The notes under the pieces are model-generated. The model did no database searches. It was not told the origin of the DNA and saw nothing but the letters and a program-made list of their open reading frames with translations. 64,000 bases of DNA from Candidatus Cloacimonadales bacterium. Its GTDB lineage: Bacteria > Cloacimonadota > Cloacimonadia > Cloacimonadales > JAIOQZ01. The stretch is taken from contig CAXXTU010000002.1 of assembly GCA_963662655.2 (NCBI GenBank), positions 1,280,001 to 1,344,000 on the forward strand. Reading direction: 5' to 3'. A program made the position numbers and the translations under genes. Of this stretch, positions 1 to 13,877 are shown piece by piece (positions within the stretch are counted from its first letter, which is position 1; the number at the start of each line of letters is the position of its first letter).

Positions 1-42
1 AGGTGCGTATAAAGAGGTGGTAAAGAAAAATCAGGGCATAAG

Positions 43-158
43 TGTGGCGGCGACCTACTCTCCCACTTCGTTGCCAAAGCAGTACCATCGGCGCTGGTGA
101 GCTTAACGACTGTGTTCGGGATGGGAACAGGTGTGACCTCACCGCCAGAACCACCACA
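43..158 (-). rRNA. rrf: 5S rRNA
   Basis: Reverse complement of canonical 5S segments (ggcggcgacctactctccc; agtaccatcggcgct; tgttcgggatgggaacaggtgtgacc). Flanked by a complementary processing stem (tcagggcat / atgccctga). Ends approximate. Confidence 0.96.
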
Positions 159-233
159 CTAATGCCCTGATGATTATAATTTTAGTGGAATGAAGCAGAT
201 TGATCGAGACTTCCGTTTGAAGGAAAAAGAAAA

Positions 234-3134
<2,901 letters not shown>

Positions 3135-3267
3135 AAAATTCATCACTTATGAATACTGCCTTTAAAAGCATTCATAAATGTAGAAAAGTATCCTTTCTTT
3201 ACTTCAATTCTTCAGTACTCTTTCAAACACTTCATTCCACTCTATATCACTATAATGAACTATATTC

Positions 3268-3343
3268 TGGTGGAGGATAGCGGATTCGAACCGCTGACCT
3301 CCGCCTTGCAAGGGCGGCGCTCTCCCAACTAAGCTAATCCCCC
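3268..3343 (-). tRNA. tRNA-Ala(UGC)
   Basis: 76 nt cloverleaf with encoded CCA (tgg at 3268), TTCGAA T-loop and anticodon TGC, in the 16S-23S spacer. Confidence 0.97.
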
Positions 3344-3349
3344 AATAAT

Positions 3350-3427
<78 letters not shown>

Positions 3428-3508
3428 CACCTGAAACTTTATATAGAAGTGAAGTGTAGAAGAACTGCTCGAAAAAAGGTTCGAGTTCAGCATCGTATTT
3501 TCTCCCTT

Positions 3509-5058
<1,550 letters not shown>

Positions 5059-5174
5059 TGAAAGTTCTATTTTGACTCGTCACTCTCTCTCGCAAGTTCT
5101 TTACACTTCACTCTATTTTTTCTCGTTTTCAATGATCTCGCTTCCCCCAACACTTCTGCGCTGAAGGTTCGGTC

Positions 5175-5203
5175 ACTTTCCACATAGAGAGTTTTTGTGT
5201 CAA
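5175..5203 (-). promoter_or_regulatory. putative rRNA operon promoter
   Basis: Minus strand TTGACA (5198-5203), 17 nt spacer, weak -10 GAAAGT, AT-rich UP-like tract upstream. A boxA-like GATCATTGAAAA lies downstream near 5126-5137. Confidence 0.5.
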
Positions 5204-5516
5204 GAGATTTTCGCGCATTTTATTTCATTTTTTTCGTTCCTGCCCGATCACTCGTGACACCAATACCATCAAAAACATTACACAGTATGCACATAGAATT
5301 AACGCTTGCAATCGCACTTTTTTTTGAATATCCAATCACCTTTTAAGAGGGATGCAGCGAAACGCTGTTTCCAGGCAAATTGAACAGCCGTTCAAACGTG
5401 GCCAAGCGACAATGTATCGAACCACAAAACCAGGCTTCCGAATGTGAAAAAAGTGTCCGCCAGAGCATCGAGCATCCGGTAGACACTTTATCCAATTTAT
5501 CAATAATATCGTGGAA

Positions 5517-6782
5517 TCAGAACTCGATTCGCTCCCGATTCTGCAGGTAGGGTCTCAAGCACGGAGGAACGGTAATGCCTCCATCCTCGTTCTGCCATGT
5601 CTCCACCAGCGCAACGAAAATGCGTGGCGTTGCCAGCCCGGATCCGTTGAGCGTGTGAACGTAATCCACCTTGCCGTCTTCATTCTTACGATAGCGTATT
5701 GAAGCACGGCGAGCCTGGAAATCGGTGAAGTTGCTCACCGAAGACACCTCGAGGTACCTTTCGCAGCCGGGCGCCCACACCTCGATATCGTATGTTATCG
5801 ACGATGCGAAGCTGAGATCACCCGTCGCAAGCTTGACCACGCGGTAGTGGAGCCCGAGCTCCTGGACGATCGCTTCCGCCGCGGAGGTGATGTCGTCCAG
5901 CGCTTGCGGTGAATCCTCGGGACGGGTCAACTGGACCAGCTCGACTTTGTTGAACTGGTGCACGCGCTGGAGGCCCTTCGTATCCTTACCGTAGGAACCG
6001 GCTTCCCGCCGGAAGCATGGCGTATAGGCGCAGAACTTGACCGGTAGTTCCTTCTCCGGGAGGATTTCCTCCGAGTAGTAATTGGTAACCGGAACTTCCG
6101 CCGTCGGGATCAGAAAGAAGTCTTCCGCATCGGTGTGATACATGTCCTCTTCGAGCTTGGGGAGCTGCCCGGTTCCCGTCATTGTTTTGCGATTGACGAT
6201 GAAGGGCGGCTTCATTTCCGTGTAGCCGTGCTGGAGGACATGCTTATCGAGGAAGTAGTTGATAAGCGCTCTTTCCAGCAGGGCGGCGGTACCTTTATAT
6301 AAAGGGAAACCGCTTCCGGTGATTTTCGCGCCGCGTTTGAAATCGAGCGATTCGTCGCAGATTTCCATGTGCTCGCGCGGTTCGAAGGTGAATTCCTTCT
6401 TGCATCCCCAGTCGCGGACGAAGGCGTTGTTCTCTTCGCCGCCGGCGGGGACATCCTTTTGCGGGATGTTGGGAACCGTCAGCAGTCGATCATTCAGCTC
6501 ATTCGTAACGTCGCTGAGTTCCGTGTTGAGCTCCTTGATCTGCTCGGCGAGCCTGGAGACTTCTTCCATGACGGATTCAACTTCCAGCCCCTGCTTCTTG
6601 CGATTACCGATCTCTTTCGACTTGGTTTTCTGTTCCGACCGGACCTGATCGAACTGGAATTGAACCGTGCGTTTCTTTTCGTCCAGCTCGAGGATTTTAT
6701 CGATATCAGCTTTCTCATTCTTGAGCCGAACCGCTTCTTTTACCGCCTCGGCGTTCTCTCTTATGAATTTAAGATCGAGCAT
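5517..6782 (-). CDS. serS: serine--tRNA ligase
   Basis: MLDLKFIREN N-terminus and coiled coil; LIPTAEVP, CFRREAGSYGKDTKGLQRVHQF and HTLNGSGLA motifs. Confidence 0.98.
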   Translation of the reverse strand: MLDLKFIRENAEAVKEAVRLKNEKADIDKILELDEKKRTVQFQFDQVRSEQKTKSKEIGNRKKQGLEVESVMEEVSRLAEQIKELNTELSDVTNELNDRLLTVPNIPQKDVPAGGEENNAFVRDWGCKKEFTFEPREHMEICDESLDFKRGAKITGSGFPLYKGTAALLERALINYFLDKHVLQHGYTEMKPPFIVNRKTMTGTGQLPKLEEDMYHTDAEDFFLIPTAEVPVTNYYSEEILPEKELPVKFCAYTPCFRREAGSYGKDTKGLQRVHQFNKVELVQLTRPEDSPQALDDITSAAEAIVQELGLHYRVVKLATGDLSFASSITYDIEVWAPGCERYLEVSSVSNFTDFQARRASIRYRKNEDGKVDYVHTLNGSGLATPRIFVALVETWQNEDGGITVPPCLRPYLQNRERIEF

Positions 6783-6805
6783 TTATTCTCCAACAATGGT
6801 ATTCG

Positions 6806-7588
6806 TTATTCGCTTGTCAGCGCGACAGCCTTGGCAAGCATATCCGTGTATTTGTCGAAATCGAGCGAAGCGCCACCGATGAGCGCGCCATCGATGTCTT
6901 CCTGCCTGAGCAATTCCTCGATGTTACCCGGCGTGACGCTTCCTCCATAGAGAAGCTGCACTTGCGCGGCGATCTCCTCGCCGTAGTTCTTCCTGAACCA
7001 GGCGCGGATGAAGGCATGCGCTTCCTGAGCGATATCGGGGGTAGCAGTCTTGCCGGTTCCGATGGCCCAGATGGGCTCGTACGCGACGACGATATCGCCG
7101 TTCGCGAATGAGATGTCCTTGAAGCCGCCAGTGAGCTGCTTTTCGAGAACTTCCTCGGTCAGGCGATCCCGTCTTTGCTCTTCGGTCTCGCCGATGCAAA
7201 CGATCGGTACGATCTCGTTTTTCTGAAGCGCGAGGATCTTGTTGTTCACGATCTCCTCGGTTTCCTGATGGTACTTCCGTCGTTCGGAGTGCCCGACGAT
7301 GCAGTATGCAACATCGAGTGTCTTCAACATTGGTGCGGAGATTTCTCCCGTGTAAGCGCCACTGTCGTGCTCGCTCACATCCTGAGCTCCCACGAAGAAC
7401 GAACGGTCTTCCGCGAAATCGGTTGCCATTTCCAGATAAATTGCCGGCGGGCAAACGACGGGGATGATCTTCTGCATGTCCTCATCGTTCTCGAAAACGT
7501 ATTCGGCAAGCCCCTCCATATAATCGTCGGTTTCCTCGAAGGTTTTATTCATCTTCCAGTTACCGGCTATAACGTATTTACGCATCAT
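6806..7588 (-). CDS. tpiA: triosephosphate isomerase
   Basis: AGNWKMN, GHSERR, AYEPIWAIGTG, LYGGSV and GALIGGASL motifs. Confidence 0.98.
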   Translation of the reverse strand: MMRKYVIAGNWKMNKTFEETDDYMEGLAEYVFENDEDMQKIIPVVCPPAIYLEMATDFAEDRSFFVGAQDVSEHDSGAYTGEISAPMLKTLDVAYCIVGHSERRKYHQETEEIVNNKILALQKNEIVPIVCIGETEEQRRDRLTEEVLEKQLTGGFKDISFANGDIVVAYEPIWAIGTGKTATPDIAQEAHAFIRAWFRKNYGEEIAAQVQLLYGGSVTPGNIEELLRQEDIDGALIGGASLDFDKYTDMLAKAVALTSE

Positions 7589-7641
7589 TCTCCTCCTGTA
7601 CTTTCCATCGTTGGCAAGATTGTTCCGAATCCTGCGAACGC

Positions 7642-8322
7642 CTAATTATACCACAGATGGATCGTGGCCTGCCTGTTCAGGTCGCGTATCTCCGCGGTTA
7701 TATAATATGAACCCGGATTAGCCGGAGCTTGAACCTGGGTGGTAGCCTGACCAAGTGAGTCAGTCTGAACCGAAGCGTCAATCAGTGTGAGATTCGATTC
7801 GAAATCGATCCACTGCTCGCCGATGTTTTCCGTTTCGCTCGTGAGTTGAACATAGATATCGGTGAGTGTCGTTCCGTCCGCAAGAATGGAGTCTTGCGAA
7901 GCCGTGATCTCGATCTCGGGGATATCCATCACCATGAAATGAATGGTTTCGTGAACACTCTGATACGTTTCCATCGTGAACGTGACCGGCACATCGCCGG
8001 AAGCGGAATCCTTCACGGAGAACGTACCCCTCGCGATTCCAAGAGAATCGGTACGAATGAAGTATGCGCTTCCCGAGTAGCTGATATCCGGGTTGAACGT
8101 TCCGAGGGTGGTGTCATATTCAATATTGATTCGTCTATCGATTGTTGAAGATTTATCACCATCCAGATCAATCTCGATATTTGAATAATTGAGACTGCTG
8201 TTCTCGTTATAAAGGACAGTCGGTGTTGCTAATATGTTCATTTCAGGAGCATCCGTACTTCTGTTGTCACAAGCAGCAAGCACAATCATCAAGACAACCA
8301 GGCATAACATCAGATTCTTCAT
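7642..8322 (-). CDS. lipoprotein with invasin/Big_1-like Ig domains
   Basis: Lipobox LAAC; ILADGT and TDSLGQAT / TDSLGIAR segments typical of bacterial Ig-like (Big_1) repeats. Confidence 0.65.
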   Translation of the reverse strand: MKNLMLCLVVLMIVLAACDNRSTDAPEMNILATPTVLYNENSSLNYSNIEIDLDGDKSSTIDRRINIEYDTTLGTFNPDISYSGSAYFIRTDSLGIARGTFSVKDSASGDVPVTFTMETYQSVHETIHFMVMDIPEIEITASQDSILADGTTLTDIYVQLTSETENIGEQWIDFESNLTLIDASVQTDSLGQATTQVQAPANPGSYYITAEIRDLNRQATIHLWYN

Positions 8323-8366
8323 AACATCTCCTAATCAGGTTGGCAAACCGGAACAAGTTTCGTTTT

Positions 8367-9350
8367 TTACAGCTCCGATTCGATACTTTTGATAAATCCC
8401 TTGGCGCTTTCGCCATATTTCGCATTACTTTCGATCTTTTTAAACTCGGCAAGCGCTCCGTTCTTGTCCCCATCGTTATAGAGGATTTGAGCGTGGTAGT
8501 AAATCGCGTCGGCATCTTTCGAATCTTTATTCAGAAGCAGGTTGATCTTCTCTGTCGCCTTCGCATAATTCTTTGTATCGTAATACATGACCATAAGCTT
8601 GGTCGCGATCTTGGAGTCGAACTTCACACCGAGGCTTTTCTCGTAGGCGTTGATTGCTTCCTGAGGCTTCTTGATCTGTTCGTACAGCGCGCCCATATTC
8701 ATATAGGTTTTATACTTCGAGCTTTCGGATGGGTTCGTCTTCAGGTAATCTTCATATTCCTTGATCGCATTGGGAATCTGGCCCAGTTCGCGGTAGAGAA
8801 CGGCGGTTTTCTGGATGATATTCGCATCCTGTCTGATCTCTTTCGCTTTGTTGTACCAGTTGATGGCTTCCTGCTTGTTGTCCATCTCGGTATAGAGGGA
8901 AGCGATTTCCTTGCGAAGCTTGAAGTCGGCTTTTTTCGCATCGAACTCTTTCAGGTGCGCGATCGCTTTATCGAGCTGTTTGAGCCCTTTTTCGTATATC
9001 TGGGCTACGATGAGAATCTTCTTCTGATCGGAAGGGTCTTTCTTCAGCATATCCTTGTAAATTCCGATGGCTTCGTTGTATTTTTTGTCGAAGTAGTATG
9101 CCTTGAACAGCTTTTCCTGGATTCCAGAGATTTTGTCGCCCAGATTTATCTGCTCGGCAGCTTCGGATTCCTTGTATTTGGCAATGGATTCTTTGTATTT
9201 CGCTTGCGCTTGAGTGTAATTTTTCGCCGTGTAGGCTTCGTCGCCGGCAACTTCGGCTTCGTTGCCCAGTTGCTGCAAGGATTTTCCCTGCCCAAACAAC
9301 ATCATTGTCATCATGACCAGGATCATCATGGTTACGGTTTTCTTCATCAT
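8367..9350 (-). CDS. exported tetratricopeptide-repeat protein
   Basis: Signal peptide MMKKTVTMMILVMMTMMLFG after a GGAGG SD, followed by several TPR-like helical repeats. Confidence 0.8.
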   Translation of the reverse strand: MMKKTVTMMILVMMTMMLFGQGKSLQQLGNEAEVAGDEAYTAKNYTQAQAKYKESIAKYKESEAAEQINLGDKISGIQEKLFKAYYFDKKYNEAIGIYKDMLKKDPSDQKKILIVAQIYEKGLKQLDKAIAHLKEFDAKKADFKLRKEIASLYTEMDNKQEAINWYNKAKEIRQDANIIQKTAVLYRELGQIPNAIKEYEDYLKTNPSESSKYKTYMNMGALYEQIKKPQEAINAYEKSLGVKFDSKIATKLMVMYYDTKNYAKATEKINLLLNKDSKDADAIYYHAQILYNDGDKNGALAEFKKIESNAKYGESAKGFIKSIESEL

Positions 9351-9555
9351 ATTATCTACCTCCAGTATTATTATCAATTATGAATGAAATAGTCCAGTTC
9401 ACATTTTGGAATTGCAATCGTTCATGTCAATGATTCTCTTATATGTACACGAGCGGTCGCAACCGACAGCGTTAGTTGCCCGAATTGTTCCAATTGTTAA
9501 GGGAAATATTAATGACTTTGCTTTTCGCAGTTTTTCTCAGTAGCCTGCAATGCGT

Positions 9556-10539
9556 CTATTCTGCCGGGACGTACACAACGACCTGGTTCATGCCCTGCGT
9601 CTTTCCCTGGACGAGCGCTTGTTCCGCTTCAGCGATACAAGTCCTGCTTCCTTTCTTCGGATCGTAAGCCGCTATGCCGAATGTCAATGTAACCGAGAGG
9701 TTGTTGTGCCTGTGCTGGTATGTGTTCGATTCAATTTTCCCACGAATTTTCTCGGCGATGACGCTTGCGCCCTGGGGATTTGTCTGCGGAAGCAGGAAGA
9801 GGTAACGCGCGTCGCTCCACCTGCCGATGATATCCTGCTTGCGGACGCTTTCGCGGATCATGTCGCCGATGGTTCTCAAAATGTACTCAGCCGTTTGCAT
9901 TCCGTGCTCTATCTTCAAATCCTCGTAGTCGTCGATCTCGCAGAGAATGTAGGTGAAATCCATCTGGCTGCGCTCGAATCTTATCTCTTCGTACTGTATA
10001 CGCTCCAGCATCGCGCGCTGGCTTATCAGCCCGGTAACGGCGTCATGGGGGGAAGCAGCCTCCAGCTTGCTCATGGTCTCATTGAGCCTATGGTTGGTCT
10101 TCTCGATTTCCTTGCGAGCGTTCAGGTGATGCTTGTTGCGGTTGAGCAGCACGCCCACCATCACAACGACCATGGCGATAAACAGCGCCAGTCCTGCGAA
10201 AATCCCAAAACGCATTTGAAGCCTCTTACTCGCTATATCGCTGCTGACTTGCTCATTCCTCAGTCGGTAGAGCTCAAAAATCCGATCGATCACTTTGACC
10301 GCTTTCTGCTGATCGCCAATGCGGTTGTAGCGATCGAAGAGAAGTCGCTGTACCTGGATTTCCTTCTCGATCTCCTCGCTGTCTCTGGCCAGCTCTCTCG
10401 CCTTTGAAAGTTGAAGAATCGCCAATGAGTCGGGCATTTGCCCCGACTTGTCGATCAGGCTATCGATGTCGTCAGTGGCGGTAGCTGCCAGAAAGCAGGC
10501 TAGCGCAAAAAAAAGGATGAGGGTCAGCTTTGTTTTCAT
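9556..10539 (-). CDS. membrane-anchored degenerate GGDEF-domain protein
   Basis: Signal peptide, periplasmic helices, TM segment, DAVTGL linker and VTLTFGIA. The active site reads SDARY instead of GGDEF; the RxxD I-site (RKQD) is retained. Confidence 0.8.
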   Translation of the reverse strand: MKTKLTLILFFALACFLAATATDDIDSLIDKSGQMPDSLAILQLSKARELARDSEEIEKEIQVQRLLFDRYNRIGDQQKAVKVIDRIFELYRLRNEQVSSDIASKRLQMRFGIFAGLALFIAMVVVMVGVLLNRNKHHLNARKEIEKTNHRLNETMSKLEAASPHDAVTGLISQRAMLERIQYEEIRFERSQMDFTYILCEIDDYEDLKIEHGMQTAEYILRTIGDMIRESVRKQDIIGRWSDARYLFLLPQTNPQGASVIAEKIRGKIESNTYQHRHNNLSVTLTFGIAAYDPKKGSRTCIAEAEQALVQGKTQGMNQVVVYVPAE

Positions 10540-10653
10540 GCGTTCTCCATGAATCATTTTTCAGCGTCCAATATCATGAACACTCCATAATATGGCAAAT
10601 GATTTTTCCGCATCACGCCCATTCATTTCTCCGAAAAACGCTTAAACTGGTCT

Positions 10654-10858
10654 TTGCTCAGCCATCCCCGCGGCGGGGCGGCGTGTGCGCTCCGCGCACG
10701 ACACCCAGGGCGATCCCGCGCGGGATCGCCCTGGGATGTCCGGAATCCCATGCCGACCGCATCCTCGCCTGTGCCGGGAAACTCGCGAACGTCCGCCATT
10801 CATGAGTTATTCCGCAAGCCTCTCATGGGATTCCGACGCCGCCCCGCCACTCGGCTTG
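10654..10858 (+). repeat. GC-rich four-way-junction structured element, copy 1
   Basis: Closing stem 10672-10684/10836-10848, short hairpin about 10684-10698, perfect 32 bp palindrome 10704-10735, and 12 bp stem 10741-10752/10824-10835. Same architecture as the reverse complement of 46263-46468. Confidence 0.75.
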
Positions 10859-10962
10859 CACCCATCTAGAATCGAGCTGGCGTGAACGAAACGAGAGAAA
10901 AAGCACTTTTTCCGTGAAGTTCATTGACAGGTTAAAAAATGCAGTATTTTTGGCTATTGAGT

Positions 10963-11616
10963 ATGAAACCTGAATTTGACATCGCAATAGAAGAAAAACT
11001 GAAGTTGTTTCTTTTGGAAACATCCGACCATCCTCTTGACCTGCAAGAGGTGTTTGGTAACGACAATCCGGTCCACGTGGAGATAGGAAGCGGACGCGGG
11101 GAATTCATTGCCGAGATGGCGAGAATATTGCCCAAGGTGAACTTCCTGGGATTCGAACTGAAATGGAAGCGTTTCCCGCCGATGTTGAAGCGGCTGGATG
11201 AATCGATGCGGGTCAACGTGCGCCTTGCGGCTGAATATGTCGATAAAAGCATCGGTGAGAAGATCAGAGAAGGAACTGTCGAAAAAGTCTATATCATTCA
11301 TCCGGACCCCTGGCCAAAACGCAAGCATCATAAGCACCGGATTATTCAGCAACCGTTTATCGATGCGCTGCATCTGCTTCTGAAGCCGGATGGAGAAGTG
11401 TACTTGAGCACGGATCATCGCGATTACGCCCTGTGGATTCAAAAAGAATTCGCAAAGCGCGATGACTTTACCGTCGTCGAGGACTTCGTTAAACCGCCCG
11501 TGGTGACGCATTTCGAAGACATGAAACGCCGCGAGGGATTCGAGCCGATCTCGATGACCTACCGCAAGAAGGAGATCAGCCATGATCAATCCCCAGAAAC
11601 TGAAAGAAATCTATAA
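10963..11616 (+). CDS. trmB: tRNA (guanine-N7)-methyltransferase
   Basis: VEIGSGRGEF SAM motif, PDPWPKRKHHKHR and STDHRDY. Confidence 0.95.
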   Translation: MKPEFDIAIEEKLKLFLLETSDHPLDLQEVFGNDNPVHVEIGSGRGEFIAEMARILPKVNFLGFELKWKRFPPMLKRLDESMRVNVRLAAEYVDKSIGEKIREGTVEKVYIIHPDPWPKRKHHKHRIIQQPFIDALHLLLKPDGEVYLSTDHRDYALWIQKEFAKRDDFTVVEDFVKPPVVTHFEDMKRREGFEPISMTYRKKEISHDQSPETERNL

Positions 11617-12742
11617 AGAACTCGCTGTCATCAGCGATAACGGGCTCAGCCGGTTCGCGTGTAAGAATGCGGACGCCTGGCGCTTGAAACCCGAAGAGAA
11701 GGAACACCTTCGCACTGCGTTTGCGCTGGATCGCGACCGCATCCTCTACTGCGGCGCTTACCGCAGATACCAGGGCAAAACCCAGGTCTTCTCGTTCACG
11801 AACCTGATCGACGAGGAAATGACCAACCGGTCGATCCACACAACCTATGTTTCGCAAATATCGAGAACCATAGGCAAAGCGCTGCAACTCAATCTCGAGC
11901 TCATCGAAGCAATCGCGCTCGGGCACGATCTCGGCCACACGCCCTTCGGGCATGATGGAGAGAAGGCCCTGAGCAACTGCTGCCGCAAGTACGGACTCGG
12001 CATGTTCCACCACAACATCGAAAGCCTTCACATCGTGGACAACATCTCCCGCAAGGGACGAGGCCTGAACCTGACCTTCCAGGTCCGTGACGGCATCATC
12101 TCCCATGACGGCGAGGTTCACAACACCAAGCTCGTTCCGCAGAAGGACAAGTCCGAGGCCGATATCCAGGATTACATCGAGAAGAAGAAAGAACCGGTGA
12201 ATGTGCAGTGGATGCCGGCCACCATGGAGGGCTGCGTAGTCCGGGTCGTCGATACGATCGCATATATCGGGCAAGACATCGAGGACGCTATACGCTACAA
12301 CATCCTCAGCCGCGACCAGCTTCCGAAGGAGTGCGTGGAAATACTGGGCAGCCGCAACAGCCAGATCATCGACAGGCTGGTGAAAAGCGTTGTCGCCGAA
12401 AGTTACGGCAAGGATTTCATCGCCTTCGACGAAGAAACCTCGCACTACCTCAAGGTGCTCAAGGAATTCAACTACAAGTACATCTATACGGCGGAAAACG
12501 TGAAGACCGCCAACAAGGCGATCCACCGCAGCATGGATATGCTGTTCGATCAGTACATGGAAGATATCAAGAACAATGTGAAAGAGTCGCGGATTTTTAC
12601 TCATTTCCTCAACCACAAGCAGGATCAGTATCTCGATACCTTCAAGCCTGCCGAGTGGGTTCGCGATTTCATCGCCACCATGACCGACCGATACTTCAAC
12701 GAGCAGGTGAAAGAGCGCTTGCTACCAGGACGCTATTTATAA
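11582..12742 (+). CDS. HD-domain deoxyguanosinetriphosphate triphosphohydrolase-like protein
   Basis: RTAFALDRDRI, KTQVF, LGHDLGHTPFGHDGE, DIEDA and DFIATMTD motifs of the short dGTPase-like family. Confidence 0.88.
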   Translation: MINPQKLKEIYKELAVISDNGLSRFACKNADAWRLKPEEKEHLRTAFALDRDRILYCGAYRRYQGKTQVFSFTNLIDEEMTNRSIHTTYVSQISRTIGKALQLNLELIEAIALGHDLGHTPFGHDGEKALSNCCRKYGLGMFHHNIESLHIVDNISRKGRGLNLTFQVRDGIISHDGEVHNTKLVPQKDKSEADIQDYIEKKKEPVNVQWMPATMEGCVVRVVDTIAYIGQDIEDAIRYNILSRDQLPKECVEILGSRNSQIIDRLVKSVVAESYGKDFIAFDEETSHYLKVLKEFNYKYIYTAENVKTANKAIHRSMDMLFDQYMEDIKNNVKESRIFTHFLNHKQDQYLDTFKPAEWVRDFIATMTDRYFNEQVKERLLPGRYL

Positions 12743-12755
12743 TACAGGAGAATAC

Positions 12756-13875
12756 ATGGAACTCAATGAACTTCAAAGACTGGCGGATCAGGCCCTCGGA
12801 AAAATCAAAGAGATAAGGGGGTATCTTTGACCTGGATTCCCTCCGGTCTCAACTCGACGCCTTAGAAAAACAATCGCAGAAGCCCGGCTTTTGGAATGAT
12901 CAGAAGGAAGCTCAACTGGTAACCAGAAAGATGAGCGGCCTCCGCACGCAGATCGAAAACGACGACAAGCTCGAAGAGATGTCGGACGATATCGAAACCT
13001 ACATCGCGCTCCTCGAGGATGAGGAGAACGAAGCCCTCCTCAAGGAAGCGGCCGACCAGATCAACGAGTACATGCAAGACCTGGATGGTATCGAGGTCAA
13101 ATTCCTCTTGAACGGAAAGCACGACAACGACAGCGCGATCCTTACCATACACCCGGGAGCCGGCGGTACCGAATCGCAGGACTGGGCGGAAATGCTGCTG
13201 CGCATGTACAAGCGTTGGACCGACCGCGAAGGATTCAGCGCCACCGAAATCGATTTCCAGCCCGGCGACGAAGCCGGCATCAAGAGTGTGACCATGGAAA
13301 TAAGCGGCGAGTTTGTCTTCGGACTCCTGAAGGCCGAGATCGGTATCCACCGCCTGGTGCGCATCTCCCCCTTCAACGCGCAGGGGAAGCGACAAACCTC
13401 CTTCGCGTCCGTTTTCGTCTATCCCCTCATCGAGGAGGACGATAGCATCGAAATCAATCCGAAAGACCTCAAGATCGATACCTATCGCGCCAGCGGCGCT
13501 GGTGGACAGCACGTCAACACGACAGATTCCGCGGTTCGGATCACCCATATCCCCAGCGGAATCATCGTCCAGTGCCAGAATGAACGCTCGCAGATCAAGA
13601 ACCGCGCGACCGCGATGAAGATTCTCACCTCCCGCCTGATCCAGTTTCAGGAGGAAGAGAAGGATAAAGAGAAGCAGAAACTGGAAAACGAGAAAACGGA
13701 GATCGGCTGGGGCAACCAGATTCGATCCTACGTTTTCCACCCCTATCAAATGGTGAAGGATCACCGCACAAGCCACGAATCTGGAAACACCTCTAATGTT
13801 ATGGACGGTGACCTGAACGGCTTTATTTACGCATGGCTCAAAGATAACGCTCGCAAGAAAGCGAAGAAAGGATAA
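12756..13875 (+). CDS. prfB: peptide chain release factor 2 (programmed +1 frameshift at 12825-12831)
   Basis: ATG 12756 gives 24 codons ending AGG GGG TAT CTT TGA C. The +1 frame (GAC at 12829) joins the ORF carrying the SPF and GGQ motifs. Confidence 0.97.
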
Positions 13876-13877
13876 CG

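Noticed and set aside
8340..9383. Long antisense ORFs (also 11576-12616, 44208-45254, 53135-54268, 54269-55945, 58786-60072)
   Set aside because: They mirror well-supported genes on the other strand, show no recognisable motifs, and are expected from the strong codon bias.
10654..10858. Structured elements as RNase P RNA, SRP RNA, tmRNA, 6S or a known riboswitch
   Set aside because: I found no GAGGAAAGUCC P4 motif, SRP loop motif, tRNA-like ends with tag ORF, or recognisable aptamer core. An Rfam scan is still needed to be sure.
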